Below, piece after piece: positions 36,516-46,454 of a DNA stretch of 53,127 nt; position 1 is the first letter of the stretch, and each line of letters opens with the position of its first letter. Below the pieces are notes generated by a model. It made no database searches. It had not been told where the DNA came from and saw nothing but the letters and a program-made list of their open reading frames with translations. This DNA is from a virus (taxonomy: Duplodnaviria; Heunggongvirae; Uroviricota; Caudoviricetes), in IMG/VR virus record IMGVR_UViG_3300047202_000291; one strand, 5' to 3'. Both the position numbers and the translations under genes were made by a program.

Positions 36516-37142
36516 ATGAACAAATACAAATCATATGGAAAAGGTTGGCATTATGAATCTCATAGGCATAGTCTTGCGGCCAAGGGTATTAAGACATCAT
36601 TTGCATCGGAGAATGCATATATGAATTTGCTCGATTCAATTAATAAAATTTATCCAGAGCATGATTCGGATGAGCAGTTTGAACTCTTTGGTGATTGGAA
36701 TAGGGATTATTTAACGGGGTCAAAAGCATATGGTTCATTGTCATTTGCAGCAAAAGAAAATAAAGTTGAGGTTTATGGCGAAAAACTTAAATTAGCTCAA
36801 CCGAGAAAGATGGAAAGAGTTTATGATATTCAAAAGGATGTTGAATGGCAAATCGAGCGAGAAAGAAAAACAAAACAGCTGATTGCTTTAAAACAGGATT
36901 ATGCGAAAAGACTCGTGGAATTAGAGGAATTTGCTAAAAGAAAACCAACTTTTGAAAAAGAGGAAATTCCAGATCGGATTAAATTCGATGAGTTTCAGAG
37001 GCTACAGGATGAAATACAGAAACTCGATTCTGAGATAAATCCTTCGGTGGTAAAATATGAGAGGCATATAAAAGTCGCTGCACAAAGCTTATTTCCTTCA
37101 GAATTTAAAGATAAAATGGTGGTTGCTAAATCATATAAATAA
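36516..37142 (+). CDS. Tagged protein 2: coiled coil
   Basis: MNKYKSYGKGWHYESHRHSLAAKGIKT. Confidence 0.8.
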   Translation: MNKYKSYGKGWHYESHRHSLAAKGIKTSFASENAYMNLLDSINKIYPEHDSDEQFELFGDWNRDYLTGSKAYGSLSFAAKENKVEVYGEKLKLAQPRKMERVYDIQKDVEWQIERERKTKQLIALKQDYAKRLVELEEFAKRKPTFEKEEIPDRIKFDEFQRLQDEIQKLDSEINPSVVKYERHIKVAAQSLFPSEFKDKMVVAKSYK

Positions 37143-37153
37143 ATGGTGAAAAA

Positions 37154-38017
37154 ATGAATAATCGGTATAAATCCTATGGTAAAGGTTGGCATTTTGAATC
37201 AATCAGGCATAGTCTTGCAGCAAGAGGCATTTTGACAAGATTCAAGAAAGAAGCATCAGAGCCTATTTTTGGTAAAAGAGGAGTTGCCGAAGAATTAAAG
37301 GCAAGAAAGATGTCAGAAGCAAAAGCAAAAGATCTTATCGTTGCCGGAGCACTTTCTGATCTTCCTAAATCATCAGAGGAGAAGATGGCATTAAGGGAAT
37401 TGGAGCTTACATTAAGGCCAAGGGAAAGGCGTGGCGTTAGGATAATGAAATTAATCACTCAGAAAATTTCTTCTCCAATTCCATTCGAGAGTTTTGATCA
37501 TTATAAAAATAAGGTGAAAGGGGCTATTGAGGAAGTTATGCCTTTGAGTATGAAGGTTGATGTGAGGCTTCCAATAAGAGGAGGAAGTAAAGCTGGAGTT
37601 GTTACTGCAGAGCCTCCAACAGCAGAGGAATATATTGATTATCTGCTTGATCATCGTTATAAGGAGCAGTTTGGGTTCTATGATCCGTCAACAAAGACTT
37701 TCACTGCAGAGTATGAAGGTAGGCCGGAGAGCTTTGAAGTTTATGGTGGAAGAGGCATGAAGTCAAGAGAGTTAGAGAAACTTTCAGAAATGCTTGAGCC
37801 TATCGAAGAGAAGAAAAGGAAAGCTGAACTTGAGATTCTTGAAGATAAGCGAAGGAAAGAAGTTCGTGCAGAAGCATGGAAAAAAGCTGAACTCAGAGGA
37901 ATCCAATCTGATGAGATAGACGAAACAAAGGGGGACTTAATTAGTGTAGAAGTTAAGCCAACGAAATATCCCCCCATAAAAGCGGATATGATGTATTATG
38001 AGGGGGAAAAGGGATGA
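37154..38017 (+). CDS. Tagged protein 3: charged helical
   Basis: MNNRYKSYGKGWHFESIRHSLAARGILT. Confidence 0.8.
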   Translation: MNNRYKSYGKGWHFESIRHSLAARGILTRFKKEASEPIFGKRGVAEELKARKMSEAKAKDLIVAGALSDLPKSSEEKMALRELELTLRPRERRGVRIMKLITQKISSPIPFESFDHYKNKVKGAIEEVMPLSMKVDVRLPIRGGSKAGVVTAEPPTAEEYIDYLLDHRYKEQFGFYDPSTKTFTAEYEGRPESFEVYGGRGMKSRELEKLSEMLEPIEEKKRKAELEILEDKRRKEVRAEAWKKAELRGIQSDEIDETKGDLISVEVKPTKYPPIKADMMYYEGEKG

Positions 38018-39573
38018 GATTTTTCAGAAGATATAATAAGGGTTGGTATAACGATTCATATAGGCATAGCCTCGCAGCAAAAGGAATTAAAACAAGATTT
38101 GCTTCGAATGGACAGCAGTTAATACCTCCTTTGATGCCTCCGATCGAAGATAAGAACCTAACAAAGTTGGCTATGGATTATGCTGATGTTAAGATTAATA
38201 TTAATGAATTACAAAAATTAGTTTCGCCAGAAGAGGTATCTCTCGTTGTGGATAAGGCTGCTAAAATCACAGCAGATCGGCAATTAATCGAGGCGACTAA
38301 AGCCAGGGCAAGAAGAATGTGGGAAACGCCAGTTGGTCCGCGAAGAGAGGAAAGGGGAGCTGCTGCAATTCCAACAGCAAGAAAAATAGAAGAAGAAGAA
38401 AAGACCGAAGAGGAACTTGCCGCAGAACAAAGGCTTCCGTTCTCAAGATGGCTTACTCGGGTTAGAAGTGGTGATTTTACAGGGCCGGAGCCCCCATTGA
38501 ATGAGTCTGAGAAACTTGCACAAAGGGCAGCAGTTATTGATGGCGTACAGGCAAAAGTAGATCATGGTGATCTTCTAAAGGCTTCAGATTGGCAGGATTT
38601 GGAGAAAACATATGGTCTTTCACATTCAGAGATAAACAGGCTTAAAGCTTATCAACATCAGGAACTGCCTTCTTTGCTTAGGAAAACAGGTAGAGTCGCT
38701 GGCGCAGAAGCTCTCAAGATTGAAGAGGCAACCACCGGTTTCCTGAAGAAAGGTTGGGGATCTTTGAAAGAAAAAGTTCAGCCATCTATATCTGAAATTT
38801 CTGGTGGGAAAATTGAAGATGAGTTAAAGAAAATCGAAGCTAAGAAAGAGGAAATTGAGGCTGCAAAAGGTATATTTAATCCTCTCGGTGCCAGTTGGAT
38901 GGGTGAGGGTGGGGAAGAAAAGCTTAAGCAGGAGCAGAGAAAGAAGATTTATGCTGATGCTATTTCTGCTCAAAGGGATCTTGATGCTTTATTCGAAAAT
39001 AAGGAAGCTTTGGCAAAAGCTGATTTATCTGGTTATAATAAGGGAGAGAAGGCATTTAGGAAAGGAGATCGTGAGATGCTTTTAGATGCAATTACAGAGC
39101 TTGATGCTCAGCATATGAAGCTTCAGGATAGGATGTGGCATGTCGAGGCTGTTAGAGGTAATATTTTGAATAAGCAGACTATGGATCATACAATTGCTAT
39201 GGCTTCGGATGATGGCAATAAGATTATGCCAAACTTTTTATTTGGCAGTGGCGGAGGCAATGCAATTGTCAAGCAAACTAGGAAGGTTAACCAAATTAAG
39301 GAATCAATTAAGAAAAGTTCAAATGAGGTCGCTGGAAGGCTAGCTATGTTAAGAAACAAATTGAAGAGAATGGATGCGACAGTTCCATCTCAGGCACCAG
39401 TTCCAGAAGCTCCGGTTAAGGTATTCAGGAAAACTCAGGGTCTGGGAATCATTACGTCCTTTGATGATTTTGAAGGTCAATTAAAGCATCAGAACCCGGT
39501 GCTCGAAGGGATTCAAAAGAAGGAAATAAAGAATCCGGCTTTAAGAAAATTAGATGAGAGTGAAGAACAATGA
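38014..39573 (+). CDS. Tagged protein 4: 519-aa helical
   Basis: MRFFRRYNKGWYNDSYRHSLAAKGIKT. Confidence 0.8.
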   Translation: MRFFRRYNKGWYNDSYRHSLAAKGIKTRFASNGQQLIPPLMPPIEDKNLTKLAMDYADVKININELQKLVSPEEVSLVVDKAAKITADRQLIEATKARARRMWETPVGPRREERGAAAIPTARKIEEEEKTEEELAAEQRLPFSRWLTRVRSGDFTGPEPPLNESEKLAQRAAVIDGVQAKVDHGDLLKASDWQDLEKTYGLSHSEINRLKAYQHQELPSLLRKTGRVAGAEALKIEEATTGFLKKGWGSLKEKVQPSISEISGGKIEDELKKIEAKKEEIEAAKGIFNPLGASWMGEGGEEKLKQEQRKKIYADAISAQRDLDALFENKEALAKADLSGYNKGEKAFRKGDREMLLDAITELDAQHMKLQDRMWHVEAVRGNILNKQTMDHTIAMASDDGNKIMPNFLFGSGGGNAIVKQTRKVNQIKESIKKSSNEVAGRLAMLRNKLKRMDATVPSQAPVPEAPVKVFRKTQGLGIITSFDDFEGQLKHQNPVLEGIQKKEIKNPALRKLDESEEQ

Positions 39574-41735
39574 ACATGAAATCAGTCATATTAATCTTTT
39601 TTGCAATAATTGGGTTTACGATGCTAAGTTCAGCTATATTTATGAGCCAAAACTACAAAATGATTCAAGACAATGCCTTTAAGTCAGCGGTTCCTGTAGA
39701 AATAACTCAGATAAAGGAAGCCTCTACAGATGCAAATAAAATAAGGGCCATGTTGAAAGGTTCTATTTATGAATCTGGTGAAGGTATGTCTGTCTTCGGT
39801 GCTTGTTTTGATGGATATGGCTATTTGCTTCCCGGATCAAATGCGACCTTCTCATCTTGGTATCCAAATGGAACTCAGTGGCATAATGAATCTCCGATGG
39901 TTTCAATAGATAGTTCTGGTAGATTTGATATTCAGTTGACAATGGGAGATTCATATGGTACTTATTTAACAGAGATAAAGTGTAGGTATGAGGGGGATTA
40001 TGCAGTAGCTTATGGAGAATGGCAGAATCCGGATTGGGTTAAGAGGATTAAAGATACGCAGGATTCGGTGATTAATTTGACAAGCCTTGCTTCGGCGCAA
40101 TATGCTAATCTTACAATTTTAATTGGGGATTTCAAGGATGAGATACAAGTTAACTTTAGTCAGGTTCTTAATGCAATAGCGAATATTGATATTACTCCGC
40201 AATTTACTGGGTTGGATACTCAGCTTAAGGAAATATATAATCAGGTTCATGCTCTCGATACGTCTTTTTGGGTTATAGATACACAAGCTCCATGGTATTC
40301 TTTTGGATCGGGTATGTTTGAGTTTAGGGCGGTAGATATGCTTTCTCTAAATGATATATATGCTGTTTCGGACGACGGGTATATTGTATATTGGGATGGT
40401 GAAACTTGGTCTGTGGAGGCTAATTATTCTGACATTGCGTGGTATGGGGTCTCAGTATTGCCTGCTTCTACTCCTTACGCATGGTCTGTTGGGAGCGACA
40501 TTACGACAAGCACCTCCGTGTATTCGGTCAATGGCGGGACTCCGACCACGTTCAATGATAGCGTTGGTACAGCATATTGGGATATTAAGCTTTTCCCAGC
40601 CCCAAATAGTCCATCATCTAATTTTATGGGCTATATTTTGGAAGACAACGGCGTCGTATGGTATTCATCAGATTCGGCAATCACATTTAGTAATCCGATT
40701 AACATCACCTGTTCTGCAACTTCAGCAGATATTGGAAGAATTTCCCAAATCCTTTCTAATGCGGATCTTGGAGTCACTTCAGGGTATAGATTAGCGATGG
40801 TTATGTGCGATCAGTTCTTATATTATGATGGAGTTGGTTTTAGTGCATATACTGTGGCAAACCAGAAATTTAGGGATGTAGAGGTTGTCTATGATGATGT
40901 GGCATTTGCAGTTTCAAAGGATACAGTTACCAATGAGCTTAATGTATATCAATTTAATGGGACTGCATTGAGCCTTGTTTATTCAGCTAATGATTCTACC
41001 ATTGAGCCGAGGGGAATTGCTGCTGCAACTCCAAATGACGTTTGGGTGGTCACAAACAATCCATCAGTATATTATCATTATGATGGCTTTAAGTGGGAAT
41101 ATGCAAATTATCCTTACTCTGGTGCAATTGGACTAAGCATATTATTTACGAACGGTACTATTCCGGGGCTTTATGATATCAGTATGTTTAATTCGAAGAA
41201 TGCTTATGCGGTTGGAACAGATGGGCTGATTATGAAATTTTATAGCGCATATGATGAGAGATTTGATAAAGTTATAAACAATATATTGAATCTTTCAAAT
41301 ACTTTGAATTTATCTATTTTAAATGATATATATGGTGCTATTGTCGTGATAAATGGAACCACTTATAATATAAGTGTGGTTTTGGCCTCGATGAACACAA
41401 GTCTTATGGATTTGACAAATATTGTATTGGCGATGAACTTTTCGATAACGACTGAACTGACAAATCTTGATGCTAAGATCGATTTACTTAACGCTTCGAT
41501 GAATGTAAGATTCGATGAAGTCATTACCGAGATAAGTTACTTAGATTTATATTTAAATAGCACAATTTATCCGGCTTTGAATTTAATATTGGAAAGGCTT
41601 GGTGTAATTGAGACAAATGTCAATGCAACTTTGCAAATAGTTAATGAGACTCAGATTACAGTAAATCAGATGAATGCTTCAATAAATGAATTGTTGAATC
41701 AGTCGAGGCGTATCCACGCTTGGATAACGGTGTAG
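39570..41735 (+). CDS. Spike-like protein: Ig-like domain, beta-propeller and long coiled coil
   Basis: Signal anchor; domain shared with 19699; DIYAVSDDGYIVYWDG-type blades; heptad-rich C-terminus. Confidence 0.75.
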   Translation: MNMKSVILIFFAIIGFTMLSSAIFMSQNYKMIQDNAFKSAVPVEITQIKEASTDANKIRAMLKGSIYESGEGMSVFGACFDGYGYLLPGSNATFSSWYPNGTQWHNESPMVSIDSSGRFDIQLTMGDSYGTYLTEIKCRYEGDYAVAYGEWQNPDWVKRIKDTQDSVINLTSLASAQYANLTILIGDFKDEIQVNFSQVLNAIANIDITPQFTGLDTQLKEIYNQVHALDTSFWVIDTQAPWYSFGSGMFEFRAVDMLSLNDIYAVSDDGYIVYWDGETWSVEANYSDIAWYGVSVLPASTPYAWSVGSDITTSTSVYSVNGGTPTTFNDSVGTAYWDIKLFPAPNSPSSNFMGYILEDNGVVWYSSDSAITFSNPINITCSATSADIGRISQILSNADLGVTSGYRLAMVMCDQFLYYDGVGFSAYTVANQKFRDVEVVYDDVAFAVSKDTVTNELNVYQFNGTALSLVYSANDSTIEPRGIAAATPNDVWVVTNNPSVYYHYDGFKWEYANYPYSGAIGLSILFTNGTIPGLYDISMFNSKNAYAVGTDGLIMKFYSAYDERFDKVINNILNLSNTLNLSILNDIYGAIVVINGTTYNISVVLASMNTSLMDLTNIVLAMNFSITTELTNLDAKIDLLNASMNVRFDEVITEISYLDLYLNSTIYPALNLILERLGVIETNVNATLQIVNETQITVNQMNASINELLNQSRRIHAWITV

Positions 41736-41744
41736 GTGATTAAA

Positions 41745-41888
41745 ATGAAACTGAAAATGAATAAGTTGGTGTCTGTGCCGAAAGCAAAAATAAGTTTAAC
41801 CCCGCGCGGGCACAAAGCGCATCTTGGGATAAGGACGGTTAATCTAAAGGGTACCGAAAAGAAGAAATGGGCTCTTCCGTGGAAATAA
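41745..41888 (+). CDS. 47-aa basic microprotein
   Basis: AGGTGAT SD; MKLKMNKLVSVPKAK...KKKWALPWK*. Confidence 0.6.
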   Translation: MKLKMNKLVSVPKAKISLTPRGHKAHLGIRTVNLKGTEKKKWALPWK

Positions 41889-41898
41889 GGTGAGGAAA

Positions 41899-42687
41899 AT
41901 GAATCGCTATAAATCATATGGAAAAGGATGGCATTTTGAGTCATATAAGCATAGTCTTGCAGCTAAAGGGATTAAAACCAGATTTGCCGCAGACGATGAT
42001 AAAGTCATTATGAAAACAAGGAGTCTTGATGATTATCCTCCTGGAAGCCCAGAGAGGATGCAACATGTTCAAGAGATTATAAAGGCAGAAGAGCTTAAAA
42101 AGAAGAAAGGTCCAAGGGGCATTTCCGGCCCATCGACAATGAGAACGGATGTTGCTGTTGTTTACGGGACGACAGTTATGGATAAAGAGGGGGTTTTGCA
42201 TGTGGTTGGTGGCAAAAGGATTCCTAAGAAAAGGTTAAATCAGTTTTATGATGACTATATAAAAAAGACGCTTATGAATAAAAAAGTGCTCATGGATAAA
42301 GAAAAAGAAGCTGAAATAAGAGCTTTTATGATTGAGCAGGGTAAGCAGATTATGAAAAAAGAGAAAGGAGCGGACTTAACTATAGAAGAGGAAGCTGAAA
42401 TAAAACAAACGGTTGATGAGAGAATTAATGCAGCAAAGCTTCAATTTGGTAAGGTTATGGAGGATGTTAAGGCGATGGATGGTTGGCTTGATTCAATCGA
42501 TGTTACATCAGACTCTTTTGATAATCAGCTTCAAGAAGCTCAAGCAAGGGTAAATACAGTTATGGACCAACGAGGCACTATAATTCCAGGTCAAGAAGTC
42601 ACAAGATTAAGGGATAAAGTTAAAGAGATTAGGGAAAGAAGAAATGTTTACCTAAGGGGTAGACCGGAAAAATGGCCACCAGAATGA
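41899..42687 (+). CDS. Tagged protein 5: charged helical
   Basis: MNRYKSYGKGWHFESYKHSLAAKGIKT; AGGTGAGG SD. Confidence 0.8.
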   Translation: MNRYKSYGKGWHFESYKHSLAAKGIKTRFAADDDKVIMKTRSLDDYPPGSPERMQHVQEIIKAEELKKKKGPRGISGPSTMRTDVAVVYGTTVMDKEGVLHVVGGKRIPKKRLNQFYDDYIKKTLMNKKVLMDKEKEAEIRAFMIEQGKQIMKKEKGADLTIEEEAEIKQTVDERINAAKLQFGKVMEDVKAMDGWLDSIDVTSDSFDNQLQEAQARVNTVMDQRGTIIPGQEVTRLRDKVKEIRERRNVYLRGRPEKWPPE

Positions 42688-43199
42688 TGAGTAAATATAA
42701 GCGCCAAGGCTGGTATTTTGAGTCGCAAAGGCACAGTCTTGCTGCAAAAGGTATAAGAACGAAGAGATTTGACTTTGCTCTAATTAAGAAAATAGACGAA
42801 GGTCAGCCCAAGCCATTGACACCGCAGGAGATCGCTGAGGATAAGGCAAGGGAAAAAAAGCCATTTGATATGTTTAAAAGCCCCGAAGAGAAATCAGATT
42901 ATGGTAAGAACAGAAGGCGTGCGACCATCGATGAGGTTCAGCAGATGATGAACAATAAGTTTAGGCAACTCGAGAGGAAGGGAGACATTCGTTTTGAGGA
43001 TAGTATTCGTTTCCTAGATCATGAATATGCGCCAATTGCCAGGCGATTCCTCGATGGTGGTATGACCTTGGAGCAATTCGAATATGAGTCGGATGTTGCT
43101 TTTAATAATTTTACAAAGAATCATAAGCGAAGCTTAAGCCCTTTTGCATGGGGCGAACAGCAAGAGAGTTTTTTTAATTGGGAGGCACAGGCAAAATGA
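42684..43199 (+). CDS. Tagged protein 6
   Basis: MMSKYKRQGWYFESQRHSLAAKGIRT; ATGA coupling. Confidence 0.8.
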   Translation: MMSKYKRQGWYFESQRHSLAAKGIRTKRFDFALIKKIDEGQPKPLTPQEIAEDKAREKKPFDMFKSPEEKSDYGKNRRRATIDEVQQMMNNKFRQLERKGDIRFEDSIRFLDHEYAPIARRFLDGGMTLEQFEYESDVAFNNFTKNHKRSLSPFAWGEQQESFFNWEAQAK

Positions 43200-43450
43200 A
43201 AAAATTAAGACCAATCGAGAAGTTCGTTGGAATGGGCATTATTGCTCAGCACAACATCATTAAAAGGTACAAAAAATGAGTATATGTAGGAATTGTGGCG
43301 TAATGCATGCGGGTTTTTCATGCCCGGGATGTGGAAAGATTCATGGTTGAATATGATCCGCTTTGGGCAATAAAGCCAAAGAAGAGAATAAGAAGATTTG
43401 CAAAATATAAGAATATCAATGTTCCAAGAAGCAAAACGAAATGGTGGTAA
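43196..43450 (+). CDS. Chain of three coupled micro-ORFs: 43196-43279 (27 aa), 43276-43350 (24 aa, CxxC..CxxC), 43343-43450 (35 aa, basic)
   Basis: Overlapping start/stop codons fill the gap exactly; MSICRNCGVMHAGFSCPGCGKIHG; MVEYDPLWAIKPKKRIRRFAKYKNINVPRSKTKWW. Confidence 0.45.
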
Positions 43451-43451
43451 A

Positions 43452-43595
43452 ATGATTAGAAAATTTCCAAATCAGAGGAAATATGGGTTATATTCCTTAA
43501 CTTCACATAAAAGATTAGGGACGTTCAGAAGTCGAACAGCGGCTAATAAAAGGGAGCGTCAGATTCAGTATTTTAAACACAAAGGAGGAAAATAA
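43452..43595 (+). CDS. 47-aa basic microprotein
   Basis: YGLYSLTSHKRLGTFRSRTAANKRERQIQYFKH, a motif I associate with uncharacterised viral proteins. Confidence 0.65.
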   Translation: MIRKFPNQRKYGLYSLTSHKRLGTFRSRTAANKRERQIQYFKHKGGK

Positions 43596-43596
43596 A

Positions 43597-44895
43597 ATGA
43601 AAAAAGAAATTTTAGTAGTGTTGGCATCCTTGATGATGCTATGTGTAATTAGTTCGGTTTATGCGGCAGTGACAGAATGTGTAGACGCGAGCGGTAATCC
43701 GCAGGCGGGTCCGGGTGCGTATCCTATGTATAATGATACTGGGGTAGTTACAAATGTGACGCTCGGACAGATTTGTGTAGATGCTACAAATTATGATGTG
43801 GTGCCAAATGTCACATATAATTGTGGAAATACAAGTGCCATGATAGATAACGCGTGTACCTATACAACGTATTTTACTGGATTCCTCGGTGACGGGACAG
43901 TGACTTGTACGAATGTAGGGTGGGTCACCGGAACAACATATACTTTGGCAGTCGGTTATATAGTTAATACCACGATTAATGCGAGCTGGGTAACGAGAGG
44001 AGATTATATCTCTGATGTTGGTGAGATCGTGCCTGCAAAGGATGCATGTTTAAATGAGTATACCTTGCAAGGACCGACCGGATATTGTGACGGAGCAGGC
44101 GCTCTCGATACAGATGGTTCATTGGCAAATGCTACTGATGGAAATGTCTGTATTATTGGAGTTGATTCTCAGCCAGATGCATCAGTTCATTGTATAGGCA
44201 CAGCCGATACTTGGTCGGATTGTGTTGAAAACCAATGTGAAATAGATGAATATTATGTTGGTTATAGTGTGGGAAATGCGACTGGATGCTCCGATACTGA
44301 TTGGGTTTTGATGGGCGTAAGTGATCCTGCAAATGGATATAGGGTAAGCAACACCGGTCATGCGAATCTTTGTACATATGTGGCAACCGGTGGGATTCCG
44401 GTCTATACTGGATGTGCAAATGCATATACGAGGAATGGAACATCTGGTTATTGTAATGGTGCTGGCGGGGATGCAACGACAACTTTGCATGTGACTGAGG
44501 GTAATGTTTGTTCAGCTGGTGCCAATGCGCAGCCAGGTGCAGGAACAAATTGTGGGACTTGGTATAATTGCGTACAGGGTCAATCTGCAATCAATACATA
44601 TTATGTTGGTTATGCAGCGTCAGGTTCAAGTTGCTCTGATACTGATTGGGTGGCAACAGGATCGCATGTAGATTTAGCGAGCGGTCTTAGAGCAAGATAC
44701 ACCGATCATGAGTCAACTTTATGTAGCACATCAGGATATAATGCAGCATATAATAAAGGGGATTTCGAGCCAATCGTGACGGATGCTATGGGAACTGCAG
44801 GAGCTGGTGTTGTAAGTTGGGCTGATCTCGCGGTGACTTTGCTCGTTATATTATTCCTGGGTGGAGCAGTCCTCAAATACAAAAAATTATTTTAA
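43597..44895 (+). CDS. Minor coat/adhesin: signal peptide, Cys-rich repeats and C-terminal coat domain
   Basis: Last 52 aa are 27/52 identical, ungapped, to coat B. Confidence 0.8.
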   Translation: MKKEILVVLASLMMLCVISSVYAAVTECVDASGNPQAGPGAYPMYNDTGVVTNVTLGQICVDATNYDVVPNVTYNCGNTSAMIDNACTYTTYFTGFLGDGTVTCTNVGWVTGTTYTLAVGYIVNTTINASWVTRGDYISDVGEIVPAKDACLNEYTLQGPTGYCDGAGALDTDGSLANATDGNVCIIGVDSQPDASVHCIGTADTWSDCVENQCEIDEYYVGYSVGNATGCSDTDWVLMGVSDPANGYRVSNTGHANLCTYVATGGIPVYTGCANAYTRNGTSGYCNGAGGDATTTLHVTEGNVCSAGANAQPGAGTNCGTWYNCVQGQSAINTYYVGYAASGSSCSDTDWVATGSHVDLASGLRARYTDHESTLCSTSGYNAAYNKGDFEPIVTDAMGTAGAGVVSWADLAVTLLVILFLGGAVLKYKKLF

Positions 44896-44923
44896 ATTTT
44901 TTATTTTTTATTTTAGGTAAAAA

Positions 44924-46036
44924 ATGAACAAATACAAATTATATGGAAAAGGTTGGTATTTTGAATCAATTAGGCATAGTCTTGCAGCTAAAGGAATAAA
45001 AACTTGGCAAAAGGAATATAAGTCCCTCGTCAAATCTTTTCCAGGTGAAAATCCAAGATTAACCAAGGAATTTGCTAGATTCCGGCAAGAAGATCCGGGT
45101 AAATATGATAAATTCAGGGTTAAAAAGACTAAAACAGGTAAAGAGCTTATATTCGGCCATAATAAAAAGATGCGTGTTTGGGAGTTACAGAGTGTCCTTG
45201 TTCCAAGAGTTTCAATGGCATCTAAAGACTATTCTTTCATAGGAACTGCAGATGAGAAGCCGGGGCAGTTCATAAAGGAGAATTTGGAGTCACATGAAGA
45301 TCATTCAATAGAGCATTATGCAAAAGGAGTTGAATATGTACTAAAGCATCCTTTTAAGGATCTTGATGGTGATTGGCTTTCATATAATGAAGCTGCAGGT
45401 AACCATGTTGAACTTTCAAAACATCCTGTTGAGCGTGCCGAAGAACGTGGAGCAGCATTATTTGGTCGTGTCTTGTCGCAGGCCAACATGGAACCTTTGA
45501 TTGAGCGGGGTCAAGGTAGGACATTTAGGGAAATAACAATGGATATTGCATTTGGTAGAAGATCGGGGGTCACAGATGACAACGAACTTCATCAAAAGAG
45601 CCAAAAGCCTTGGCATGATCGGATCAAAGGCGGTCTCGCAGATAAGAAGAAGCCATCTGATTTTGATCAGAAGCAACTTATAGATGGTGTTAAAGTTGAA
45701 ATAGAGCACACCTCAAATCCTTTAATTGCCAAAGAAATAGCTATGGATCATTTGACAGAAGATAAATTATATTATAAGAAATTGGAGCTTATGGAAAAGA
45801 AGAGACATTCGATGCAAGCAGAAACGGTAGGAGTAGTTACAGCTGAGGCTCTTGCTGGTGCGGTTGCTGAACATGAAAAGCGAGCAACACAAAGGCAGGC
45901 GTATCATCAGGCTCATATTTTGGAGCATCAGCATCATAAAGATATTATAGAAGAGCAGGGTTATGATGTGAGGTCACCAATTCAAAAAACTGCTGCATTT
46001 ATGCTTACGGATGAAGGCTTTGAAAAGCCACAATGA
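44924..46036 (+). CDS. Tagged protein 7: multidomain with a DUF5661-like domain and His-rich end
   Basis: Tag; GGLAD...GVKVEIEHT...AKEIAMDHLTED..YYKKLELME. Confidence 0.8.
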   Translation: MNKYKLYGKGWYFESIRHSLAAKGIKTWQKEYKSLVKSFPGENPRLTKEFARFRQEDPGKYDKFRVKKTKTGKELIFGHNKKMRVWELQSVLVPRVSMASKDYSFIGTADEKPGQFIKENLESHEDHSIEHYAKGVEYVLKHPFKDLDGDWLSYNEAAGNHVELSKHPVERAEERGAALFGRVLSQANMEPLIERGQGRTFREITMDIAFGRRSGVTDDNELHQKSQKPWHDRIKGGLADKKKPSDFDQKQLIDGVKVEIEHTSNPLIAKEIAMDHLTEDKLYYKKLELMEKKRHSMQAETVGVVTAEALAGAVAEHEKRATQRQAYHQAHILEHQHHKDIIEEQGYDVRSPIQKTAAFMLTDEGFEKPQ

Positions 46037-46050
46037 TGGAGGTAAAGAAA

Positions 46051-46149
46051 ATGGCAAAAAACAAATTTTGGAAAAACCCAGTTGCTGCGCTTGGCGCTGC
46101 CGGTAAGAAAGCAATACCTAAGATAAAGCACAAAATAAAAATAATGTAA
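46051..46149 (+). CDS. 32-aa basic microprotein
   Basis: GGAGGT SD at 46038; MAKNKFWKNPVAALGAAGKKAIPKIKHKIKIM. Confidence 0.6.
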   Translation: MAKNKFWKNPVAALGAAGKKAIPKIKHKIKIM

Positions 46150-46167
46150 ATTAGTGGAGGTGAAATA

Positions 46168-46449
46168 ATGAGTCCATATGTGCCCACTTATGTGGCGGGT
46201 GATTTGTCAGCAATCGGTGTAGATGCGGCTGGAACAGCAGGGGCAGCAGCTGTTGGTTGGATTCCCTTGCTTGTCGGAGCCGGCATTATATATAAAGGCA
46301 CCGAGCTTGGCATAAAGAAATATAAGACATTAAAGAAAGAAGCAAAGAAGCATCCAAGGAAAGCAATGGCTTATCGTGGATGGCATTATGATTCATATAG
46401 GCATTCATTAGCAGCGAAAGGTATAAAAACTGGAAGATATAGGAGGTAA
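46168..46449 (+). CDS. Tagged protein 8: coat-protein paralogue carrying the tag at its C-terminus
   Basis: N-terminal 33 aa are 15/33 identical to coat B; GWHYDSYRHSLAAKGIKT at aa 71-88; GGAGGTGA SD. Confidence 0.8.
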   Translation: MSPYVPTYVAGDLSAIGVDAAGTAGAAAVGWIPLLVGAGIIYKGTELGIKKYKTLKKEAKKHPRKAMAYRGWHYDSYRHSLAAKGIKTGRYRR

Positions 46450-46454
46450 TTAAA

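Noticed and set aside
41745-41888. Twelfth tag copy (RGHKAHLGIRT)
   Set aside because: Only GIRT and a His match; GW and SLAA are missing.
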